DNA from: Lama guanicoe
Taxonomy: Eukaryota
Direction of reading: 5' to 3'
Assembly: GCA_013239625.1 (NCBI GenBank)
Contig: MU053504.1
Coordinates: forward strand, 994,001-1,058,000
Length of the DNA: 64,000 nucleotides
Shown: positions 54,716 through 64,000 of the stretch, piece after piece
Layout: every line of letters starts with the position of its first letter
Numbering within the stretch: the stretch's first letter is position 1
Translations under genes and position numbers: made by a program
The notes under the pieces: generated by a model
What the model saw: the letters and a program-made list of their open reading frames with translations, nothing else
What the model was told of the DNA's origin: nothing
Databases searched by the model: none

Positions 54716-57700
54716 ACTGACCATGCTTTGACTCTTCCTGACGAATTTTACTGTGAAAGGGAGCTGAGAAGTAGGGGGAAACCTAGAAAGAAGGAAATTG
54801 TTCAAGGGCCCAAATGAAAGGACAGACCTTGTGTGTCCTGATTCCTTGTCAACTTTCCTATTAAACCTGTTGTCAGGGCTCAAACTATAGCTGCATAAAG
54901 GAAACAGCTGTCCCCAGTATCAGGGTGATCTAGGGTTATAGATTTCAGGGTAGTGTTTAAATTGGGGGCTTAATGATTTTAGTTTTTTACAACAATGAAT
55001 GAAAATGCACTTTGGGTTGGAGACATTGGATTCCTCTGAAAGGAGTGTTGCCTAGTGGACCGTCCAGGATTGAGTCCCATTTCTGTGGTTTCCTGGCTAT
55101 GTGCCCTTGGGCAAGTGATTTTACCTCTCTGGGTTTTGTTATCTATAAAGTAAAGTAGATCATACTTATCTGATTGAGGTTGTTGGAATGGCAGGAGGTT
55201 GTGACAAATACCCTCTCTAAACTGTCTAAATGAAATGTTAAATGGTGAATTTTAGGTACACACCTTGGCTTGAGGTGGAAGCATCCCCATGTCTTCCATT
55301 CCTCTGAAAACAGTGGTATTTCTTAGCCTTCCGTCTGAGGATTACCAAATAGCTTTTTTTTTTATATAAACAAAAGTATACTCAAGGCAATGCTGTCCAA
55401 TTGCTTGTTCCAAAAAAGTGTGTTTGTAAAGATTATTCGATGATGGGTCTTCTCGCTCCCTTATTTGTCACTTTTTGAAGATGGTTAATGATTTCTGGTG
55501 GTTCCTACCAGACAGCCGCAAGCCTTTCCCAAAGCAGGAGGCCAGCGAAAGGGATGGTCCAGGTGCCACTGCCCACGTGTGCCAGGGAGGGTGCTGTGGG
55601 TAAGAGACTGCATTCATGGCCAAGTGTGCTGTCTGATAGCAAAGCTCAGTTACTAGGGCCTTTGGAAGCCAGGGCCTTGAATGACGTTTATTCAGAGTAG
55701 GCATCTCAGGCCTGCTGAAGGAAATCAGATGTTGGTGTGACCTGAGAGGTCATAGAAAATACTCTTCACACCGTATGTGATCTTGGTAACTGCCCGGCAT
55801 CAGAGAAGAAAACCAGACCTCGCTTCTTACTGATGTAGTAAGTGACATATTTTCTCCTGGCCTGGGGTCCAAAGATGTGGCTGGGTGACCTGGGTTGACC
55901 CTTTGACCTGGGCTTCAGATTTTGCTTCTGTTCTGTGAGTTTGAGGGTTTGTTTTTTTTTTTTGTTTGTGTTTTAGTAACATGGGAGTTCCCATACCTCT
56001 AGTTGGGTCCCTTTGCTGGGGACCCAGCAAGACGAGCTTTTCCAGCTCATCTAACAGGCAGTGTGTACGCTCACACTGAAGCTGTAGAAGCCAGTTCAGA
56101 TCATTTGCTTCCTTTGGGCTAGGATTAGACTTAAATTGTGTCACATTATAGGTATCAAGTTAATAAAAAGTATCAAGTTAATGAAAAGTAAGGGTAAAAA
56201 CTTAAAAATGGGGGTAAAATGCTTAATTAATGTGCTTTGTTTTAAATAGGAACGTCTTCAAAACAGAGTCCCTGGGGGATAAATTTAAAAAAGGATTTTA
56301 AGTGAGAAATTAGGAACCCAAGTCTAGATAGGTCTCCAGGCCTCCTCTCTGGTGAGTGTAACTTCTGGGCCCAGCCATGGGGACAGCCACAAACTAACCC
56401 AGGCACACAGCAGACATGCCTTTCCCTCACAGGACTGCCCTGACTGTGGGGAGGAGCCATATGAGACCATGAATGACACTTAGCTTCTGGGGGCGTGAGA
56501 CCGCCACCTGAAGCCAGCCTTCTGAGTCTGGAGGGCTAAGAGATGAGTCTTTGATGGAAGGCGATGAGGCGAAAGATGATGACAATAAATGGCTGTCTCT
56601 GGGCTGGCTGCTTCATGACAGTGATTTCATTTACTTCTTGGCAAGTCATTTCTGAAGCTCCCAGAGCTAGTAAGGGTCAAAGCCTAGATTTGAACCCAGG
56701 TCTGAGTCCTTGGCTTTAACCAATATGGTGTATTTCCTCATTGAATTGCCTATAAATTTCAAAAGTTTCAAAATTCAGCCAACAGTTGAGCATCACGTAG
56801 GTTGCATTTCCTGCCCTCCTGGCACTGTGCCTTCTGAGACGAGGGACATGAACCCAAGGCTGCTGGCACCTAGGTGGTGTCCAGCTGGAGGCGCTTTCCT
56901 CTGTGCTGAGAAAGTACAGAGTGTGCTGGTAAACAACGAGGTGGCCCAAAGGACAGTGAGCGGGGAAGGCTTCACAGAGAGGGTGTTACTGCTGAAGGGA
57001 CCCAGGTCGGAAGTTGGATTCTCAGCCCCAGAGCCTCGTCCCTCTTAGTGTCCCCTGGAGCCTTGAACTGCCTGAAGGGAGGATGGCAGAGCTAGAACCT
57101 CAGCCTCTTTTGAGTCCCTGTCTGTAAGCGGAAGCCCCCACCTTGCTTTGTATACCCTGTCTCACTAGACTTCACAGCGCTGGGCGCCAGCAGGGACTGT
57201 GGGTTTTGCTTCTCTTTTCCTGGGAAGGTAAAGCTCAGCGTTCACTGTGGACACCTGGTAGCTCTAGGTCTCGGTACGTGGTCTACAAGACGTCCCTTGG
57301 TTCTGGGTCCGTCTACTGGTGTTGGTGTTTAATGGGAGTTCCTGGTCTCTGTAAAGCCAGGCAGCTAGCTCCCTGGGCCCCAGCTTTTGCCTCCGCTGTT
57401 GCCGTCTCTTGACTGCTCCTGCTGCAGCAGCCGGAGGAAGCGAGTGGTCTGTTATGTAACGGGGCTGGTTGCCCCAAGGATAATCTGTCCCTTGAAGCTC
57501 TACAGGATATCAAAGCATCCATGAGGGGACAGGCCTGCCCCAGGGCTGTTATTGCTCACACTCTCCTCCTCCCTGGCATCCTGGCTCCTTCTAGCTGCCC
57601 AGGGCAGCATCCCTGTGGATAAATCAAGATATCTCTTGTAATCCTCCAGCTGCCAGCAAAGCTGCCTGGTGGTTGGGGTCCTTCCAACTCCTGTTTCCTC

Positions 57701-60524
57701 GGACCCGGGGACGCAGATACTCCGACCACCACCAACAGCTCCTGGTTGTAAAAACCTGCTTTGAGGGGTCCTCTGACTTCTGCTGGGCAGAGGCCTGGCC
57801 CTTTTATCTCCAGCCCTGAATTAAGCACTTTTTACATTAAATCTTGTTATCATACAACATCTGCATGGCTGTTTTGTTATCTGCGGTCCTTCTGCGGATG
57901 AGGAGGCTGAGAAGTACCTTCCTGTGTGCTGAGAGTCAGGATTTGAAACCAGGCATCTGCCTGGAAATTCCACTATTCCATCCTGCCTCCTATAGCCTCT
58001 TGAAAAGCAGCTTTTGATGGGTTTACATTTTGAGGCAGATGGTGGGTCCCCCTCCTAGTAGCTCCGCACAGAGGACCCCTCGGGTGTCGGTGTCAGTGTC
58101 AGTGCTGCCCGCAAGCATCTTTCAGAGTCGGACAAGGAGCTCAGCCCTGCACACGGCAGCAGGGCCACCATCTGCTCCTTCAGGTGAGAGCACCTGTGTG
58201 CGCTCCCCTTCGTGTCCCACGGACACTGCCTCCAACATGGGCAGGTGAGGCAAGGCTGGGATGACGAGGCACCCGCACAACCAAGGGCTGGCAGCAGAAG
58301 GCAGCAGCCACACAAGCAGGCACAGTAAAGTTCCCCAGAGGCTGGGAATCAGGGGACCCAAAGCATGCATGCCCCTCCGTAGTAGCAGTAGGAGTGTGCT
58401 GTCCCTGAGGGATGCTGACAGAGCAGCCTGCGCACCAGGGCACAGAAGGGCTCTGATGTGACCAGGGGTACCCTGTGGTCTGTGTTGCCGGGACTGGGGA
58501 GAAGCCCTGTTCTAAGTGAGCTTAACCTGGTCTCTCGAGGTTGATGGGGATCCAAAGCAAAGTGGCAGGGGTTGTTGGGTTTCCCCCTGACTCATCTTCC
58601 AGCTCATTTCTGACTCTTGACCAGAGCAAGGGATTTCATCATTTGTCCCTGTCGTCAGTGTGGCTGCCCGCAACCCCGTGTCGAAAGATTCTGAGTTCAA
58701 GTCAGGTTTGGTGAGCACAAGCCCTCCTGGCTGTGGCCGGCACCTGCCCGCAGTGGTCCTGATAGCGTGGGCCCCAGTGCTGCCCCTCTAGGAGCCCACA
58801 GCTCAGCTGTGTGCACTTGCTTGTAGCAGGAGTGGCTCAGGGGAGATACAGGAAGTCTGGGAGAGTGGAGGGAAAGCTTCCTGGAGGAGGTGGTGCCCGG
58901 GGCTGGTACTTGAAGGCAGGTTTAGGGGCACCTTGTCAGCCAGGTGATAAGTGAGGAGGTTGCATTTCAGGATTTGTCAGAAACTTGCCTTGGCTTACCC
59001 AGGCTTTTTTGGGTACAGGACTCAGCGGGCAAGGGAAGAGGGGATCGCTGTCATGGTGAAATCCCCAGCCGGAGGTGTACTTGAGACTAGGACCTGGACA
59101 GGATGCCCAAGTTTCTCTTGATAAACTAGGACGGTGACGTCTCAGCTCCCAGCCCCTTTTCATTTCGACTAGTGAGTCTTCTGTGGTTTTACCAAATCAA
59201 AGGAAACGGAGACCTCCTCCAGCATTTCTAGAATTCAGAAGCAGGGCAGGCCTTAAAACTGCCAGCCAAGCTTAAAATAAATCAATACTGTAAAATACTG
59301 CAATGAATTTTCCAACTTTAAAGGAATTTCTCTTTTAGTTAGAGGTGCCAGGGGAAAGCGATAACTCAGCCTACACCATACACAGGTCAGAATTCTGTAT
59401 TTTGTTTCCTTGTGAAAGAAAGTGATGTCTAGGGACTCAGGTGGAATGGATTAGAGCCACCCCGGCACCCCGTAGGGCACAATGAGGAAGATGAAAATGC
59501 TTCTGTTTTCCCAGCCTGCAAAGAGGAGCTGTCTGTGGGGCCTGGGCAGGAAATCTCATGAAGAGTAACCTTGGCTTTCATGCTTCCGAGGCACACTCCT
59601 GGAGCAGTGGTGGAAGGCAGGAGGCTGTGGTAGCTCACACTGGATTGTGATGTTGACCCTCTGTTCCAATGGGAAGGTCACAGGTGATGTGAGCCATTGA
59701 CTCACTCTGTGTTTACTTCCATCACGAACAGCGCCCTTTTGTTTTTTTCCTTTCTGCCTTTTGCAGACATGTTTAAGACATGTCCTTCCAGAAAGTTACA
59801 GTCGAGGGCAAATCTAAGGCACAGACTGGTGCTGTCAGATCTTGGCAGAATGCATGGGTCTTTTGAGCACAGCCCAGCCTTGTACCAGACAGAAGGAGAG
59901 CTGGAAGTCACCAGTAAAGTCTCATTTGTTGTTAGTAACCAGATTGCAGACTTGGATTTGATGAATGTTTGGAAGGAACCCTTGGTTTGCATGGGATAGC
60001 AGAAATGAGTGACTGTGCCACACCCCAGACCAAACAACAGGGTGACTTTTACCTTCCAAAGAAAAAAGAAAAAAAAAGTTATTTGGGCCAGTTGCCTGAA
60101 CTGAAATCCAGATGTCACCACTGACGTGAACCAGAGGTCCTCCTCCCTCCCCTACCCTGAGCATCTCAGGGCATGGGCACCAACCAGGTGTAGCATGAAG
60201 AGCCTCTGGGGAGCACATCACTCCAGCCTGATGTTTTGGAAGGCCCTAGAAGTCCAGTTGGCCACCTACTCTTGGCATTTCATTGAGATGGACATACGAT
60301 AGTGATGCCATAGGCAGACCCAGGTGTAAGTCTCCAGGATCTGCAGCATATTGACGTGGCCTGGGTAAAGTTTAGATAGATTGCGAGTAAGAATTTTGCC
60401 ACTTCAGAGATCTGGATTCTAACCTGTGAACCGGAAGGTATCCACAAGCTGTTGCTGCATTTCTCCTTACTCCTCCTTACTGGCTCCTGCCCCCCAGCAC
60501 ACACACAGTACAAACCTTAGCACC

Positions 60525-60686
60525 AGCAGTTCTCAGAGTGTGCCCAGACTGGCAGCATCTCTTGGAAACTTCATAGGAATGTGTATTTCTGGCACCCCCT
60601 CAGACCGACAGAGCTGGAAGCTGGGGACAGGTGCTTCAGTCAGAACCTCCAGGTGATGCTGGCTCGCGCTCATGTTTGAGAAGTAC
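60525..60686. mobile_element. MER5A-like MITE
   Basis: cagcagttctcagagtgtg...ggcagcatctcttggaaactt...ctccaggtgat...gtttgagaa. Confidence 0.75.
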
Positions 60687-61704
60687 CCTGGGGAAGAGGG
60701 TGAAGGCACCATCTGCCTAGCATCTTACCTCTCTGCCCTCAGAAAGCTTAGATCTGGGCCCACACTCGGAGAGCCTGCCGGGTTCTAATCTAGGCTCTGC
60801 CTTCCGTGTTTACTAGCACGGGGGCTCTGGACAAGTCGCTTCACCCTAGGCTGTGGTTTCCTCATCCAGAAAACCAGGGCAGCAAAAGGACCACTGAGCC
60901 CTCTTTCCCCTACGCACTCAGCCCTGGCGCGTTCAGAGTGCCGCAGTGGATGCGGTTCTAGCGCCTGGGACTCCTAGTTCTTGTTGAGTTTCTCCCTTAT
61001 GCATTTGTCTTGAGATGAGGTGTGAAGCCTTGTGCCTACCTGCTCCTGGGAGGAGGAGGAAGAGAACAACTGAACTTCTCTGCCAGCTTCCCTGGCCGGA
61101 GAAATGGGCCTCTGAGCCATAGTAACAGTGAGCACATTGGGATGCTCTCCAGAGTCCCATCAGGGACTGACAGGCCCAGTGAGGCCACCATGGTGGGACA
61201 GGAGCCGCTCTTGGAGAAGGGGGAAGCTGAGAGGCATAGGAAAGGGGGAGGCAGTGGGACTGGAAGTCGGACTTAATGCTCTGAGTGGAGTCTTAGACAC
61301 GGCTTTGAACTGGACTAGAAAACTTCACTTATTCATTCCATAGACATGTGTCGAGCACCTGCTGTGTGCCTGGCCTGGGCCATGGAGATGCAGATAGCTC
61401 CTGACCTCAGTCCGACTAAACCTCGGGCATCTCTCTGAGCCTGGGAGACCTTATTTATAGAGTGAGGTTGCCAGCTTGCCCTCAGGCTTTTCATGAGGAG
61501 TAAATGGAAAATCCATGTAAAACTAGCCTGGGGTGCTGGGCTTACAGCAGGTACCCCCAGATGTTGAGGCCTGTCATTCTTTCATACCAGTTCTTGGTCA
61601 CGCTGCTACCAGAGCTAACAGTAGTATTTCAGAACGTGTGTGGGTTCTTGTGCTGCACCCCCACCCCCATAAAAAGGAAAGCACCCCAGAAGAGCCCATT
61701 AATT

Positions 61705-62330
61705 TTTTTATTGATTGCTGACGTCTGTCCAGGCACCATGGTAGGTGCTTGTGATAACATCAGTGAAAAACCAGACCTGGTCCCCACCCTTGAAGCCCTT
61801 ATAACTCGGTTTGAGAGACAGTGTCATACAGGAAAGCTACAGATAGATTTTTCCAGTGTGTCTGGAGGGAGGGCGCTGCAGAAAATAAGGGACCTGCCCC
61901 AGACAATCAGAGAAAGCCTTTGTGAAGAGGTAACATTAAACTGAGGTCTGAAGGATGAGACCTCTGCCAAGCAGAGGGACGAGGAACTGGCAGGTCCGGA
62001 GAGACGGGAGCCCAAGCGCATAGGTCTCGGGAAGTCACTGAGTGGCACCTTTACCATCCGACTTGCGTGTGTACAAGAGCTCTCTGATTCTGTGGCCAAT
62101 GGACTCGGAGAGAGGCGAGCGTGGACGCAGGAAGCCCGGTTAGGAAGGGTGAAGGGTGCAGCAGGTGAAGAGTGAACGCAAGGTGCATGTTGGAGAGGTC
62201 TGAAGGGCTGGCAGGTGAAGGAAGGGGCGGCTCACGGGTGGCTCCAGTATCTGTGGCTTGAGTCACTGGACCGTGGCAGGTAGAACCACCTAAGAGATGG
62301 TGAACACTGGGAGGGGGAGCTGAATACACA
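61705..62330 (-). mobile_element. L2 fragment
   Basis: ttattgattgctgacgtctgtccaggcacc...atcagagaaagcctttgtgaagaggtaacattaaactgagg. Confidence 0.65.
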
Positions 62331-62752
62331 GATGTATCTTGCATACCTGGGTATAAACCCTCCCTCTGTCCTCTAGATAGGTGGGTGTTTGTGGTCAGCT
62401 GTGGGTCTTTTGTGAGTTTTGAATCTCAGGTTTGGGGCAGAACATAGAACACCCTCCTGGGCATGGAGTGACCCCCACAGCCCAGGGCTGCCTTCACGGC
62501 CTTCATTTGGTGGCTGAGTCCTGCTGAGTTTTGTTCCTCCCCTTGGTAATCAGCTTCTCATTAGTTGACTGATGCGTCTGGCTCTTCTGCATATTCACTC
62601 TGCTATAATTACGTCCCAGGAACAAAGCATTTTGTTGTTTTTGTATTTACTTTTGCTTTTTAGAGCTGAAAACCTGTGCAGTGTCCTGTCACATGGGCAG
62701 GCCGGTGGTTCTGCCAAACAGCAGCTCTCTGGTGCCCGCATCTCACTGGTTT

Positions 62753-62774
62753 TGTGTGTGTGTGTGTGTGTGTG
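62753..62774 (+). repeat. (TG)11 microsatellite
   Basis: Perfect TG run. Confidence 0.9.
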
Positions 62775-64000
62775 TTTTTAATGGTTATATAACATCAGAA
62801 CCATGATTGCTGGCTATAAAATTGACTTTCAGAAGCACTTCAGTTTGTAAATTGGAAAATACTTTCTATTTGGGGTTAAGGAAAGGAGTATGGTGGTTTG
62901 TGGGGTGGGTGTTGGGGGGGGAAGATCTCTGGTCTCAGTTGCCTTCAGGTTTCTAAATGCAAACAACCAGGAGCAGAGTGGTGGCCTGAAACTCAGCCAG
63001 TGGGGTGGGGGCTTCCGAGTCAGTCCTCCAAGCTGTCCTGTCACACTTTGGTTTGATTCTGTGCAGGCCTTGGGGGGAAGGCTGGCCCCACCTGCCTTTC
63101 ACCAGATCTCTGCCGGAAGCCCAGGAGAGCCTGAGTTCGTTTTTGCACTTGTTCAGCAAATGCTTACTGAGAGCTTTTGCCGCTCACTGGTGGTCTCCTA
63201 TGCACTGTATCTGTTTCTGTTTGGGAACGAGGCTGGTGCAGCCTTTCTCCCGTCTCCGGAAGGCATGGTGGGTGGGATGGGGTGGGGAGGGGCCAGGATC
63301 ACCTTCTCTCAGCATGTGCTGGTTGCCAGATTCACTGTCCCCGTTTACTGTTTTGTCAGATCCTCACGTGTGTCTGTGCTCTTTTCATCAAGCTTCCGAG
63401 GACAGGTCACCTTAGGTCAGTGGCAGCACAGTCCTGTCTCGGTGCTCCCGGGAGCTCAAGAGGACTGAGTGCTGCCTTTTTGTTGAAGATGTAAGTGATG
63501 GCAGCATGTCAGACGTGTGACTCAAGATGGCCCTTGAAGAAAGGAGGGCAGATGGGGGTCTTCTAGGCAGGGGACACTGTGAGCAAAGGCAGAACACTGG
63601 GAATTTGTAGAAAGAGCAGGTCTCTGCATTGATTCACATGGAGGCTCAAGGTGGAGGGGGAGACGGTGCCAAGTTGCCAAGAGCCTTGAACGTCAGCCTA
63701 AGGAGGGTGAGCTTTGTATGCAAAGGAGGTGGTGGTGGTGTACAGGTTGGAGTTTTGGCGGATGAGTCGGTCACAGTGATGGGGGAGCTGTTAGCCCCCA
63801 GGGGAGGGAGATGGGATGCTGTACCCAACAGTGCCCATCTTCAAAAGGTACGAGACCTCGCAGGTACCATCCTGAGCACATGAGGAGAGAAGGGCCACCA
63901 TTGGCCAGGGCGACTGGAGACCCTGTGCTTCCATGTTGGTGCCAGGACTTCAAGAGACTTGCCTTTGAACGTGATATGCTGATAAATGCAGGTTGAATCG

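Noticed and set aside
56866..56895. CTCF-like motif CCAGCTGGAGGCGC (similar at ~33738)
   Set aside because: Two to three mismatches to the core consensus; not supportable without ChIP data.
62890..63468. 192-aa ORF in intron 3 (also 28062-28562, 12589-13026 and 43247-43687)
   Set aside because: No recognisable domain, low-complexity or repeat overlap, and lengths are compatible with chance.

Overview
Mammalian genomic DNA, probably camelid: the only young SINE is a short tRNA-Ala-derived element resembling camelid Vic-1, and I saw no Alu, B1, Bov-tA or PRE1 elements. The window holds one protein-coding gene, STK35 (STK35L1/CLIK1 Ser/Thr kinase), on the + strand. Its three coding exons (39697-39993, 40583-41183, 49655-50367) splice with canonical GT-AG sites into a 536-aa ORF. 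A CpG island covers exons 1-2, and a splice donor 38 nt after the stop implies a non-coding last exon that I could not locate here. The upstream ~39 kb is intergenic and repeat-rich, with a ~4.5 kb decayed ERV-L internal region (protease, RT, integrase, dUTPase remnants), solo LTRs, L1, L2, MIR, MER5A and Charlie elements, several of them nested. Almost all other ORFs in the track are noise or repeat-derived. I found no convincing new multi-gene system. The best lead is that coding exon 1 also carries a compact promoter-like module (GC box, TATA overlapping tandem D-box-like palindromes, E2F-like site, E-boxes, ETS), with downstream uORFs and strong internal ATGs. Repeat family names come from recalled consensus sequences and their boundaries are approximate.
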